From assembly GCA_051294905.1 (NCBI GenBank), contig CM119371.1, forward strand, positions 11,596,001 through 11,660,000: a DNA stretch of 64,000 bases, given 5' to 3'. Shown here in pieces: positions 25,301 to 39,600 of the stretch. The position numbers were made by a program, and so were the translations under genes. Under the pieces are notes generated by a model. That model was not told the origin of the DNA. It was given only the letters and a program-made list of their open reading frames with translations, and searched no databases. Origin of the DNA: Botryllus schlosseri (Eukaryota). Every line of letters starts with the position of its first letter. The first letter of the stretch is position 1.

Positions 25301-28300
25301 GTAACGTTTCCGTGTCTGCGCCGTCAGCGAAATCGACACGCAAAGAATGCGCGACTCTATGCCAAAGCGCGTTCCACGCACCGCACTCCATAAACTCTTT
25401 CGCCGCCGGACGGCTGCCGCTCTCTGTAATCAGCTGCTTTATCATGTCAACGGCACCGTCAAGAAGCCCGCGTTCGCCAGGTGGTAAAGTGTCTACTTCT
25501 GTTAGATTAGCGACAGCCAAGCTGATGGAGTTGAAAAAATCGCCGACGTTCAACTCAAACATAGCGCCCGCGTTGCTGAGCTCGTTGATAAGAGAAGCGA
25601 TTGCCAGGATGTGCGTAGGCACCTCGGATTCCACAAAAATCGTGGCGAAAAGCGACAGGTTGTCTTTCAAAAGATCGAGGAGCGCGTCTGGATTCGCCTC
25701 CACGAGAACCACCAATAAATTAATGCTCATTTCGAAACCTTGTTTCAGAGTAGCGTCGGGAAGATTATACCTGCCCTGCACCAAGTGTAAGAGTTTGTGT
25801 ACATGTTCACTGGTCGATATAGTGCCGGTAACTTTGCGGTTAGCCTGACATCCTGAATACGTAGTTTTGAGGACGTTTATCGCCGTTACAGGGTTAGTAA
25901 TGTTCACGAAGATGTTACGCAAAGCCGAATGGTCGTGGGCAAAGATATCACAGAGAGAGGACGCGCATTTTCGTTTGTGCGCACGTGTCAGGTAGCCTAC
26001 GACAGGAGAATACACACAAGCGGCTAAAGCGCCGTTGTACAAAGCTTGAATTTCCGCAGCGCGTATTGATGCCTTCTTAGAATCAGAGACAATGGACCCT
26101 ATCTGCGATTGCCAACGCGGTAACTCGCTGGCGCCTTCAGCGACTAATTTAATAACTCCGCTGTCGACTAATCGCGCATAAACAGTCTCGCACACTGATT
26201 TCGACTGGCAATGATCGCAGCTCTCGCAAATAAAGACGAGACACAGCAAGGCTTGGTCTTCGATGCGATGGTGCGGGTCCAGGCTTGGCGTAATGCAGGT
26301 TTTGATGAGGGTTATCATGTCCGCCGCGTGGATCGCGAAGTTGTCCATGCTTTCCCCGTCGATGTTTTTGATGTTGAAATCGCTTGCGGCGTATGCGGTG
26401 AGCAAGGCTAAAAGGTCGACGCCTACTTGGGCGAACCACACTTGCTTTTTTACGTTGTCGTCTCGCACCAGTTTGGTAGCGAGCAGTGCGACGCGGCGTG
26501 GAACATCAAGGCCTTTGCAGAACCTAAATAAGGATGCAATCGTGAAAGTAAGTTACTGTCCTAACAAAATCTATTGAAAGATTCAGGGATTTCTAGAAGT
26601 TCTAAAAATCCCTGGAAAGATTACTTTCATTATAAGTCAAAGACTTTTCGGGTGCCTCTATCAAGAGTTATCAGCGTACCAAATAGGATCAAAAGTAAAA
26701 ATAATATAGCAAAGATGTCCGTCACAGAAGTCTGAAAATTACCGAAGTGAACAGTTTAGAAAAGGAGGCCTTCATTTCGACAAGGGTTCACATAGTTTTG
26801 GCAGTTAATCCGGGCAATTATTTTTTGACCTAAAAGACACGAGATTTAGCTCTAAATAACTTACTTTTGACATTTATTGACGTTAAAAAACATTATTTTG
26901 GCAAAATTTTATCTTCAAGGATTTAAATTAGGCATAATTCGATCTAATGGTAGAATTGTAGTACCAGGTACCGTACTTTTCTACATAACTGGTTCGAATT
27001 GTCTGTCATTACGAAGTAGCTTGGCCAGAATAGAGAAAAAGCGTTCAATAGCATCGTTTGTTTTCGGCCACAATTGAAGCTCAGTGTATTCCGCTGGATA
27101 TCTGGTAACACATCCGTTGCTTCAATTGACTATGTTGCCTACATTGCAAATTTCAGACCTCAATCTAAATCCGAGTTTTCTTGACAACTCGCGAACCACC
27201 CGTCAATGAGAACCAATGCTCATCACACAGTCAAGCTTCAGATTCAGATTTGAGATATGGCCTGAGCTAGTAAAAACTGCTGACCTACTAAAAATTTCAC
27301 TTGTTTTTAGGTGTGATGATCATCACGCCATGTCAACTTATTTGTTTCATGCGATGGTTAATGATTCACAATGAGTAGACGATGGCCCATCTACAACCGA
27401 AAGACTGTAAAGTAGGCTACAAGGTGTAAAAACGTTCACGGTTCACCGATAGCGCAACCTATACGATACCAACGAAAAGCAGTTTTAAAAAAAATTCTAC
27501 TTTGTAAACAATTTTGACAATATTTTGACATTTTTTTACAACACTTGTCCAAAAATAGTCGCCATAGTCATCAGTCATTTTGTGTAAGTCACGAAGATAT
27601 ATGGCCATATTGCAAGTTCCAAAGTAGTCACCACCGATAAACTGAAACTAGTTACTCAAGTGCTACTAAGGCCTTCATTTTTACATTACCTTAACATAAC
27701 TTTGAAATGTCTTGCAATATCTCCGATATTACAGTCCAAATACGATGCGAAAATCCATTAGAATATTCCATACCGTTATTGCAACCGTACCTGTAAAGCA
27801 CCTCCGTGTCGCATTTGGTGGTGAGTAAATTTGTGATGACTCTGATCGGAGACCGCAACTTCGTGACGGCTTTGGCGTCAGTCGTGAAAATGCTCTCTTC
27901 TGCCACCCGCAGCTGGTCCAGCACCTTTTTGTGAAAGCCCGTGTCGCTGAGCAGAGTCAAAGGCGTAGTGAGCTGCATATTTTCTGGGTTTGTGGCGTCG
28001 ATAATTTCCTGCGATGCAATTTTGAAGAATTAGATCAACGGCAGGGTTGTAATGACTCACGTCACGATTTTTTGGTGACTCGACCTGAATCGAGTCAAAT
28101 TGTGTATTGACTCGGCTTGTACTCGAGTCATCGTGCATGACTCGAACCAAGTCATATGACTCGAGACTAGGACGCACAGACATTTAATAGTAACTTTGAA
28201 GGATACTAAAGTCACCACGTTATTGGTTATGTTTTGCAACATTTTCGATGCTACTTTTTACTGCAACTTTTATCAAGTATCGCGAAAAATGTCAAGGATG

Positions 28301-31195
28301 CTATAAAACTATTTGTAGTATGTTTCTCTCTTTGATTTGCTTAGCAAAGAGCTATTGTGATTGATTTAGCTGCATCTCATGTTATCTATGATGCAATGGC
28401 GCGCAAGCTACAAATTCAACAACCCCAGCCAAGCACAAAAAATTATAAGTTTACTTTTGTTAAAATAAAGTGCAACTTTCTCACGATTTTAGTGGAACAA
28501 ACCCGAATGATTATTACCATTGTTTTGAATTACAACAGCAAATAAATATTACTTGTTACTAATTAACTGTCACTTCCTCATTACCTCAACACATTCACCG
28601 AGCAGCATGTATACCCAATCTGATTCACCGCTTTCAATTTAGAAATAAAATTAATACTCTGTATCATTATAAATTTCTACTCGGCCCGCCAATGTAATTT
28701 CTTCTTTTAATTTGGCCAGCAGGGAAAATAATCTCCCACCCCTGATCTAGTGAGACGAATGGTTAATTATAGGGATTTAGGTTGTTAAAATGATGAACAA
28801 CAATGAAGTGAAGAAACAGTGCGCCGATGCAGCCAGAATAATTGATAAGCATATTAAATTCAATATGAGATTTTAAAAGGGGGTAGAATCGAGCTTGGTA
28901 AAGGGGTAGAGTTGTATTTGATTCCACCCCCTGTCTACATCCCTGCATGTATCATACAAAAGTAAGCCTACTGCAAACCTGCCAATCGTCGTCAGAGTCA
29001 TTCCCATCATCGGCCGCGTCCAGCTTCACTTCCTCCATCCCGGTGGCGGACCGGCGCGGTTTTTGGGCGCTCACTCTCTGGCTTTGCGTCTGCCGTAATA
29101 CCTCACTCACCGAAGCCGATTCGCTGCGGCTCGCGGCGGACTTTTTCACGCTTACAGACAGCTTGGCTGGCTTTTTAGATTCCGCCATTTTTTTATTAGC
29201 GGCCTCCATCTTCTGCCGAGCTTTCCTTAATATTTTAGACCCACCCGATTTCGCGGCTAGCTTTTTCGCCATCGTCTCTTTAGCGGTTAGCATTTCGTCA
29301 GTAGGTGTTACAGTTAGAGGTATCTCTTCCTTCTCTGCTTCGTCCAAGACGCAGACTTTACCTCTCACGAAAGGATGCTTTAACAAGTACGGCCACGTAA
29401 GTCTTTTCGAAGGGTCTTTTGTGAGCAGGCCACGTAAAAAGCTACGAAAATCGTCGCCCATCGTTTTCGGCCACTTGATATCGTCTTTAATGATCAGGCT
29501 CACGAGTTGAAAGATGCTGTTTGTATAAAACGGAGGTTTCCCCACAAAAAGCTCGTACAGGATACACCCGAGAGACCACAAATCTGCGTTGTGATCGTAT
29601 GGTTTCTCCTCGACCAGTTCTGGAGACATGTACAGCGGCGTGCCTTTGATTGATGTCAAAACGAGTGTGTTTATGCTCATGGCGCGTGCGAAGCCAAAAT
29701 CGCAGAGTTTTACCACGCCGCCTTTGCCGATTAGCACATTTTGAGGCTTCATGTCCCTGAAAAAAGGTGAAGAGATCGAAAAGACGTTCTGTGAAACTAT
29801 AATAAAATTAGGAGATGAACTTTAAACGTGTTAGGTGAGATTAACATCTGTGATTATAATCAGGGGCAGATACTGTACGGTAGCGATTATTTCAGAATTC
29901 AGGGATTACGATTACAACAAGAGATAGCTTTAGTGGGTAATGATCATAATATAGTAAAATCAAAGAGTACTTGACTATAATTACAGCAAAATCTATTATA
30001 GTAGTCATTTGTCAATTATGATTACAACACAATCTAGCAACAGTAACGGAATATATTGTAGAAAATTTCTTGCATTTGCAGTTTCAATAGTCATGAGTTA
30101 ACCTTTTAAGATAGGCAGCCAAGTTTTAGAAGGGCATTATATGCAATCTCGTAATGGAGATAGTTCCAGTATGGGTGTTCCCATGAGATAGGAAGTTGTA
30201 GGCCGTATCAATGTTCTTTCCAATAGGAAGGGATGTCACATTCAATGAATCAACACCTAAGAACTGGCGCATAAGGTCAAGCCAAAGACAAAAAAACTAG
30301 AATTTTGATTTTATCAGCAGCCAGGAGGCTGATCTGAACACACTTCTTGACAACTGGGAATTCAATTACCATATAGTTATGCAATGGAAATAGACATGCG
30401 GACACGGATAGGATGTGACCAAATTGTTAAATTTCATCAAGATTTGGTAACAGAAAGGTTTAATCCGAACGGAATGAAAGTTTGCTGGCTTCTCTCCTGT
30501 GGCAACCCGGAGAGCAGGCCTACTTTTCAAACAAAACTGGTTCAATTTCGACAGTACCATTTATAACATTTTAGCAACATTTTGCAGTGGATCTCGGTAC
30601 ATTTCTCGAAATTTATCAGGGGAGCAGCAATAATTCTCTAATTTGAAGTAAGTATGCCGCTCACAGCATCACAGGGAATAGCGTGAGCACGGGACACCGA
30701 TTCAGTCCTATCCATTTTTAGAGCATTAAAGACATTGATATATAGGCTTACCACTGCAGCGCTGCATGTAAATTGAACTTATATAATTGTAAAAGTAGAA
30801 AAACATATACATATTGACTCCTACCTGTGAAGAATTCTATGAGAATGCAGGTAATAGAGAGCAGAAACCAGCTGATGCGCAATGCCGTTGATTTGTTCTT
30901 CGGGCAGCTTGCCATCATCTTCTAGTATTTGAAACAGCTCTCCTTCGGCGAATTCAGTAACCACCACGACGTCTTTTTCGGTCTCGAAATGATCGAGTAA
31001 TTCTATGATGTTCGGATGCTTCAGTCCCGACATGATCGTGATTTCGCGCCTCAAACTTTTCAGCTCTTTCTCTGCCCTGCCTGCTTTAGGGATGAATTTA
31101 AGGGCGACCGCATGTCCGGTGTGTCTCTTCCTGCCCTTGAATACTTTCCCGAACGATCCTTCTCCTATTAGCTCGAGAACGTGATACTTGTCCAT
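22303..31195 (-). CDS. STK36: Serine/threonine kinase 36 (fused homolog): N-terminal kinase plus C-terminal ARM/HEAT repeats; 6 coding exons
   Basis: GT-AG exons read by hand: 31195-30825, 29756-28979, 28008-27791, 26523-25209, 24524-24336, 23409-22303. They join in frame to 3978 nt (1325 aa). Motifs: [31 protein letters not shown] (split across intron 1), [31 protein letters not shown]. Confidence 0.95.
26811..27563 (-). mobile_element. Older diverged copy of the same hAT family, in STK36 intron 3
   Basis: Patchy reverse-complement similarity to 10407-11245. Confidence 0.65.
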
Positions 31196-31749
31196 TGCTT
31201 TCGGCTTGGTAAACGGCTGATATCACGAATGGTGGATTTGGAAATTGTTGATAAACGAACGGCGACCGCTTGAAATAACAACAACTACAAAAGTAACTGT
31301 GATCACGTGACCGTGACTAAAAATGAAGATATCTAATTTATTTTTTATTACTACACATATATCAACATCACGCAAATCACAGAATATCGTTTTTCGGTAA
31401 AAAACTAAAATACTGTATATAATGTGTATAAAAATAGAAGTATTTTTCTTTTCGTTGCCTCGAATCCACCAGGTGACTGTAAAATTTACCCTTGTCCGTT
31501 TGAATCCGACCGTTATATAAATAATTTATAAATTAAAATTAAATGTGATACCGAAAAGACTAATAAACTGTTTTAAATGCCTTGTATTTTCGAATATTTC
31601 CAAAGTTTGCACGCATCACCAACTATTCGTTATGGATCACTGGTATCAGCAGGAATAAGGCCTGCAACTTTCGTCGAGCAGTGTTGTATAATTGTTTATG
31701 CTTCAATTTTACGATCATTTAACTCCTGGATAGAATTCATTTGCTAAAT
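31196..31749. promoter_or_regulatory. Bidirectional promoter region between STK36 and CMC1, with an extended E-box ATCACGTGAC at 31302-31311
   Basis: Head-to-head ATGs about 555 bp apart with no TE recognised between them; TCACGTGA palindrome. Confidence 0.55.
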
Positions 31750-32355
31750 ATGTCGTTCTCGATACTGAGAAATCCGTATGTTCTTGCCGGAGCTGGTAGC
31801 ATAGTACTTCTCGGCGCTACGATACACCAGTATTCAAACAACGTCGCCGAAAACACGGGGTTTCACTTCAAGGACCCCGATCCTAGTTTACGAATCATAG
31901 AGAAAGATGTGCTCATTCCAAAGTACATGACGAACGAAGCAAAGATAAGGTGCGACGACTACGCGGCCAAGTTTAGAGCGTGCGTGGATAAGACGGAGCC
32001 GTTCACGAAGGATCGGGTGATGACTTTCAAAACTTGTAAGAAGGAGAATGACGATTTGCTGGAATGTATGGACGGGTATTTCAAGGATTTCAACTTTTAC
32101 CTGGAAATAAAGGAAGTTTATCTCAAAGAAAAGACTCTTTATAAAGCTTGTAACGTCATGACAAAAGACCGAAACATTGTAAAAGATCGTATTCGTAACT
32201 CGGCTCCCGTAGATGACTTTACCGGAGATTTCTTATCCTATTACAATTCAGTTAAAAGCATGTACGAGAAAACTGGAAATATGGATGCCTATGATGATCA
32301 TCTTATCAAATCATATAACGATCTCAAGGCTCAGATAACAGCTGAGAGCGCATGA
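31750..32355 (+). CDS. CMC1: COX assembly mitochondrial protein CMC1-like (twin CX9C), single coding exon, with N- and C-terminal extensions
   Basis: IEKDVLIPKYM..EAKIRCDDYAAKFRAC ... CKKENDDLLECM..YF.D..FY......YL.E matches the CMC1 family pattern. First ATG at 31750; 201 aa. Confidence 0.85.
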   Translation: MSFSILRNPYVLAGAGSIVLLGATIHQYSNNVAENTGFHFKDPDPSLRIIEKDVLIPKYMTNEAKIRCDDYAAKFRACVDKTEPFTKDRVMTFKTCKKENDDLLECMDGYFKDFNFYLEIKEVYLKEKTLYKACNVMTKDRNIVKDRIRNSAPVDDFTGDFLSYYNSVKSMYEKTGNMDAYDDHLIKSYNDLKAQITAESA

Positions 32356-33674
32356 CTTGGCATATGTTCCATCATAATATATGCATACCGTACCCGCGTA
32401 TGTTATCTCCATTAAGCTAACTGCTCCGCATTATTGCCTCATGTGTCAAAATAACTTCCTACCTTGACTTAATCTTGTCACCCTAGGTGACAAGATTAAA
32501 GGCGCACTGCATGAGTCGGTCTTAACTTTGGTGGTATAGCACCTTAGTTTTAAAATCAGTGTGATGAACAAGGGCATGTCGTACACACACTTTTGCTGAG
32601 TTTGTCAACGATAGAGGTGCATTATTGATGCTTTCAAAATACATCCCAGGTATCGGAAGATGCACGCTCATGAAACAATATGAAATCTCCCTCATAATGT
32701 CAAAACACTATCAACGCAAACACTGTATTCGCTAATGTTTTCCTCCATAGCAATTAGTATGTGCTGAAGAATACGATTGTATATATATCTCTCATTTCTT
32801 GACTTACTCAGTCACAACTCATGAATCACATATAGTGAAAAGTATTGAAGTGATTTCCAAGGTTTCCAGACCTGTAACTGTGATAAATCAAACTGGTAAT
32901 GGCATTGGGGTTTGAGTACAGGCAGCGTTTGATGTTAATACCGACGCATGTATATGGAAAACCATCACTAGCAACTTGAGTTCACTTGTTCCAGCTTGCT
33001 CAAATGACTACCATGTAATATCCAACTTGAATGACTCGCAAAGTCGCAATATTGAATATTACACAGATTACTATATATTATCCTGGCTTCCAATATCAAT
33101 CTCCATATTACATCATAGTTCTCAGGTTCGTTGTGAAAATTCTAATTGAAATTTTACAAATCCTATCCTTGAAAATGGCCTAGTTTTACTGTACTGAGGG
33201 ATACTACAAGTGGCTCACCACGTTCAAATGAGTATGACCCAAGTTAGTGAGTTATATACTTCATGTGTTGGTTGAAAGAGCAGTGGTAAAGTGATACTTT
33301 CAATACACATATGCTTGTTCAAGATTACTTATTGATCAACCATTGACGGTACGTGAACAATAGTGTTAAATTATGCTCACCAGTGATTATGTGTATTCCA
33401 AATTGTACATCTAACTGCTGTCTTTCCTGAACTACTTATATAACTAGCTCTGCAACTGCAACTTTACACCTGGTAACCTAATGACACATTTTAATTGCCT
33501 GTTTTGACTGATTATGATGGGATCCACTCGGATGGTAGTAGGAATATTTTCCTATAATATGCTGTTCATCAGTTTCTGTGTTTATATGAATGTTCTGAAT
33601 CAATTACGACTTATGACAAAATGATTTTTAGTAAAGTGTGTGTCTTTCCATGTAGTGTTTAGGATACTCTAAGT

Positions 33675-36600
33675 ATGGCTTTGAAAGGGATAGCTGTGCT
33701 TGAGATAGCGGGATTGGCGCCCGCTCCATTTGCCGGGATGATTCTAGCTGACTTTGGGGCAAAAGTGATCCGCGTCGATCGTCTTGGAAAATTCAAGCCT
33801 TCTGACGGTTTATCTCGGTAAGTTGGTGAATATTCGCTGCTGACCTGTGGAGTGTATAGGCCCATGGTTGTAATGACTCGAGTCACTTTTTCAAATGCGT
33901 AAAATGACTCGACTTACACTCGAGTCATTGTGCATGACTCGAGAGTAGGACAGCCAAGACAGACATTTCACTCTAACTCCAAAGAATATCATCTCTCTTT
34001 AGTAAAGTTACCACATTATTGGTATTTCGTCTATAAGCCCTGATACTTGGAAAATAGGGCCAGAATCTGTTTACACTTCGAAAAATTACGATATTATGAA
34101 CGCGAGCCATTCTATATCACTCGGGCAGAGTTGAGAAAAGTGGTTTGAACTGAACACTGAACATAATGACCTGGACTCGGTGGTGAATTGAAAATGACTC
34201 GAGTTGACTCGAATCAAAACTATAAAATTTAGATTGACTTCTAAGTCGGAACCTTGCGACTTGGTTAACCCCTGCATAGGCCACTTTTGATGTTAACATA
34301 ACATTATAGGGAAGGTCTTCCGAAGTGTACTTGTATAAATGCCTATACATTTAGCTAGCTGTCGGGATAGATTATGAGATGCCCTAGGCGCGACAACAGG
34401 ATAAATGTTTTTTTAAATGAGATTTAAAATTTAATTCACAACAATATGTAGATTATCTGTCGGTCTATTGCGCCTCCGTACACTTCCTGTTTACAATCCG
34501 GTGTTTCAACACTATGAGCAGGAAGAAGTGTTCTGAAAATTTGCTCAATTTGCCTGTGCTTGGTACCCGCGATGGGGGCCTAACTACATTCAATATAGGT
34601 GTAAATGCCAAGAATACAACCCTTTTCATATCGTGGTGTTCTGAGTAGCACGATGAATGTGAACAATGTTATTAGATACGAGAAACATTGCCGTAGTTTC
34701 AGAATATTGACATAAATTTATGTAAGGTGCCGGTACGTGTTCAGATTAGTCTTGTTACACCTAAAAATCAGCTTTGACACCTGAGGAAAATTGCAATCAT
34801 ACAAAATCAATTACAGAGAACGTACCCAGATTCCACCCTAGGTTATAATTACGCCTGTGTGCGCCTACCATGATTTCTTAATCCAGAACCCAATAGAATG
34901 GAATCTCACTTCACTTCCTTTACAGAGGCAAAAGGTCTATTGCCATCAATTTGAGGCATCCCAAAGGTATAAAGACTGTAAAACATCTCAGTAAGACTTC
35001 AGATGTCATCATAGATCCTTTCCGCCCTGGTGAGTTGATAACTTACTTACCATATACCCACATAGAATAGTCCTACTATGACTAATGAGTATTTCTTATT
35101 GGACAGATAATGTCCACAGTTCAGTATACATTTCATCATTCAGCCGTTAAAGTAGACGCTAACTTTTATTCGCAGGTGTAATGGAAAAGATGGGACTAGG
35201 TCCGGAGGTGTTAATGAAGGAGAATCGGGGACTTATCTATGCAAGACTTAGTGGGTATGGACAGTCTGGACCGTACAAAGACATGGCCGGTCATGATATT
35301 AACTATATCGCGACATCAGGTACAATGCCCTGTTGTACTAAACAACTCTATTCTTAATTTTCTTCAAGGATGGCTCTAAGTATGCATAATGCAGTCAGAC
35401 TTGGTATTTACCTGAAAACTCATTTGTCAGGCAGCACAATTACTGTTTCAAATGTTATTATTCCCAATTTTCCAGGACTTCTTTCAGCCATATCGAGATC
35501 AGGAGAAAGGCCGTTGCCGCCATTAAATTTACTTGCAGACTTTGCAGGTATGTTGATGTGCAAGTTTTTTAATTAATTTTCAGTAAGATTTTTTGTCTGC
35601 ATTTTACGACAATTCGGATTACCACAATCCGTGTGGTGCATGGTTTCCAAAACTAGGAGACGCGACCCCTATGGGTCATTTGCCCATTCTCTGAGGTAAT
35701 GAAGATGAAAATTAAATACCAATGACTATGCCAATTAAATGGATGCTATCGGGAGCTCATTTCTGAGTATTTTAGATCATTTATCAAAATAGATGAAAAC
35801 ACAACATCTGAGGAATGAGAATCCGATAAATAAGGTATCAGATTATTCAGAGCGTCATTTAGCGCCACGTACTGAAATTTAAGGTCTGTGACTGGTCTTG
35901 GCCATCGGAGTTCCGAATCATATGACTTGGTTCGAGTCATGCGCAATGACTTGGTTCCAGGTCGAGTCATTTCCGTATTTTGAAACAATGACTCGAGTCA
36001 CCAGAATATCGTGACTCGAGCCCGACTCGAGTCATTACAACCCTGCTTCACTGCATTGTAATCTTGCGGTTTGTGTTCTCAAACATTCTTGTTGAACTGA
36101 AGTGAAATTCTCTCTTCAACTGTGTCCGTATGTTACAGGTGGGGGGCTGATGTGCGCTTTCGGTGTTGTGACAGCGCTGCTGGAACGTCAAAAATCTGGG
36201 CTTGGGCAAGTTGTCGACGCTAATTTGGTGAGTGTTTTCTGTAGCGTTACGCGTTGAAGATGCTTGCAGTTGGTGACTCCGTGGTTCAAATTCCCTTGGC
36301 GCAGCGTAACCTTTCAGAAGGCACCAAACTCTACAACTATTATACATGCATCAGGGTTGTGGCCAAGTCGCAAGGTTCCGAGTCACAAGTCAGTCTCACT
36401 TTAATAGTTTTGACTCGAGTCAAGTCGAGTCATTTTTCAATTTACCACCGAGTCATAGTGTTTTTAATCGAGTCCAAGTCATAATGTTGACTGTTCGGTT
36501 TTCAGTTCAGCCCACTTTTTGAGTCTGCTCGAGTGATTTAGAATGGCTCGCATTCATAATATCTTAGCTTTCCTCAGTCCTAACAGTTTCTGGCCCTATT

Positions 36601-39600
36601 TTCCAAGTATCAGGACTAATAGACGACATACCAATGATGTGGTAACTTTACTAGGCCTATTCTTCGAAGTCACAGTGAAATGACTGTCTTTGCCGTCCTA
36701 GTTCTCAGGTCATATGACTTGGTCCGGGTCATGGACAATGAATCGTGTATAAACGAGTCAATACAAAAATTGACTCTGGTCGAGTCATTTTATGCATACG
36801 TAAAACTGACTCGAGTCAAGTCGAGTCACCTAAGTATCGTGACTCGAATCATTACAACCCTGCTGGCAGCTTTAAACACCTCTGCATTGACCTTTACGAC
36901 AAATATACTTCGTGATCTGATTTATTTATTTGACAATTATTACTAACTCGTTTTGTAGACAGCGGGCGCTGGCTATGTGGGTTCGTTTGTTTACTCTCAA
37001 CGGTCGCAATTCTTCAGCAATCCGCCCGGACATAATCTTTTGGACACGGGGGCACCGTTTTACGACACGTACGAGACCAAGGACGGACAATACGTCGCGG
37101 TGGGGGCTCTCGAGCCCCAGTTTTTCAAGGCTCTGATTACAGGTGGGTTATGGCTTTAGTGAAAAAAAAACATATTCAACTTATGTGACAGTACAAACTT
37201 GCGCAAATCACTGGATTATCAAAATGCCCAACTAGAACTAGGACTACCGTAAACAGGGGTTACTTTGGACTTGAGGGTAACTTTGGACACTAAGCAGCAA
37301 AACATTTGAATGGTTATTGATGGAATACTGCTTCGGCTGGAGGTTTAATTCATTTTCATGAGGCAACATCACCACTAGTAGTCTCAATAAAACCTGGATT
37401 CATTCCACTACCACACAAACTTGAATCGTCATTGATAAATTAATGGCTAGGGCATAATTCATCGAAATTGATGGTTATTAAACTTCTTACAACCAAACAT
37501 TGATAGCATGTTAGCCATGGATTGGAAGGTTGGCAGCAGAGACCTTGAAGCAGTCCTTTTCCATGTCATCGAAGTAGTCTTAATCCACTTCAGAAATCTC
37601 GGCAGGCCAAGATCAATATGAGAAAATGTCATGTCCAAAGTCACCCTCTCATACTTCATCGAACGGGGTAACATTGTACAGTGAAAAATGTGATTTTTAG
37701 AGCTCTTGGAAGTGGCTGCTTCCTCTTCGTCAAAGTGTAACATCAACTATATTCATTATGACTTGCTTTTTAAAACGGAATGAAAAGGTTTTGAATTGAG
37801 AATATGCTAAAATATGAAAAAATGGGTAAGCAATAAGCCGAGAGATTGTACGCCGGTGGAAGCTTTTTTAAAATCTACCCAGTTAAATATGGCATAAATT
37901 ACGACAAAATATATCCATTTGAGGACACAGCAAAAGGGACCATACCTTTTTTGTTTTCCAGGACTAAAAATTGACGAAAACAATATTCCTAACCAATTGG
38001 ACATCGAGAAATGGCCACAGCTTAGGAAAGTATTGAAGGAAAGATTCAAGTCCCTGACGAGAGCGGAAGTCGAGAGTATTTTCGATGGCACCGATGCGTG
38101 CGTAACGCCGGTGCTTGACATGGACGAGGCGCCCCAACACCCGCATAACAAGTATGCTTTGTTATCAACCTTACCAGTACAAACCTCTACAACTGATTAT
38201 TTCTAGATGACTAATTGGACTAATTGAGCGAAATGCCAGTAGTCTAATTCATATTTAATTTGTGAAACGTTTCCTGGCTCTAAGTTTAAATTCTAATCGA
38301 GTTTCTGGTTCTCGTGAAAATGCTGCAGTAGAATTGTAAATTGCGAAACAAGCCAAGCTCGCTGCACAGACATTTGCTATTGTCGTGTTTGTGGAATTGA
38401 ACTATGATTTGATATGGACTGAAATTCATTCTATGCCAAAACTTTCGCGAAATCAGTAATTTTAATTTTAATCTAATTTCCTGAAGACTGTAGCTATAAT
38501 TATAATCTAGTTCGGAAAAACTATGTAGTTATAATTCTAATTCAAGTGCGACTGTGAAAAAAGGAGTGGCTAGAACTCTAATTTGAGACTAATTTGGAAA
38601 AAAAGTGTGGAGCCATAATTCTGTTCTAATGTAATTTTTAAAAGACTGTTGCTATGTAGTTATAATTCTAATTCAAATCTAATATAGGGAATTTCAAAAT
38701 TTTCTGGTCGACTCGAGTCAAGATTTTTTCGTATTGACTCGACTCGTACTCGAGTATTGTGCATGGCTCAAAGCGAGTCATATGACTCGAGACTAGAACA
38801 GCCAAAACAGTCATTTCATTGAAACTTCAAAGAATCGTGGAGTCAAAACGGAACAGTGAACATAATGACTCGGACTCGGTGGTGAATTGAAAATGACTCG
38901 ACTTGACTCAAGTCAGAACTATACAAGGGAGCTTGACTTGTGACTCGGAACCTTGTGACTTGGTTACAACCCTGAGATCCAGCCCGGCCTTACTTCCTGT
39001 GCTGTTTTGGTATTCACGGTGTTTCGACATCAATTGTCATTGGTTATTTCACACCGGGCCGACATTCCTTATTTCTAGGGCGATTTTTTTTACCTAAAAA
39101 ACCGTAGATTTTGACCTAAAAAATATTAATTTTTGCATTTCTTTACCTTAAAAGTATTAATTTTCACCAAATTTGACCTAATGTATGCAAATTAGGTGTT
39201 TCCCTACATAATGTTAGAATTGTACTACTCGTCTTCATTTCTGGTCGGAACTCACTGTCCTTACTAAGTAGTTTGGCATGAAAAAAACTTTTTTGCCTCA
39301 AAAACTGACAAATTTTTACATGGGAAAACTTTATTTTATTGAAATCTTATAGTGGTCCTTACAAAGTAGCTTGCCAAGAATGGAGAAAGAACGTTCAACA
39401 GCAGTAGTAGTTGCTGGGTGACAACACTGAAGTTGTGGGTACACTGCTGGTGACCAACAGTGTTGCCTCATTCTGCCAATGGTGTCTACATCACAATATT
39501 TCATTGTGCGCTTCTTGATATAAGAACTAATGCCTGTCTTGCTTCAGTTAGGATATTGCAGTACGTTGAGCATGACACCATGTCAAGGGTCAACCTATTT

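Noticed and set aside
25285..25848. Antisense ORFs of 174-187 aa (also 28947-29510 and 52876-53400)
   Set aside because: Shadows of real STK36 or zinc-finger coding sequence on the opposite strand, with no recognisable motifs.
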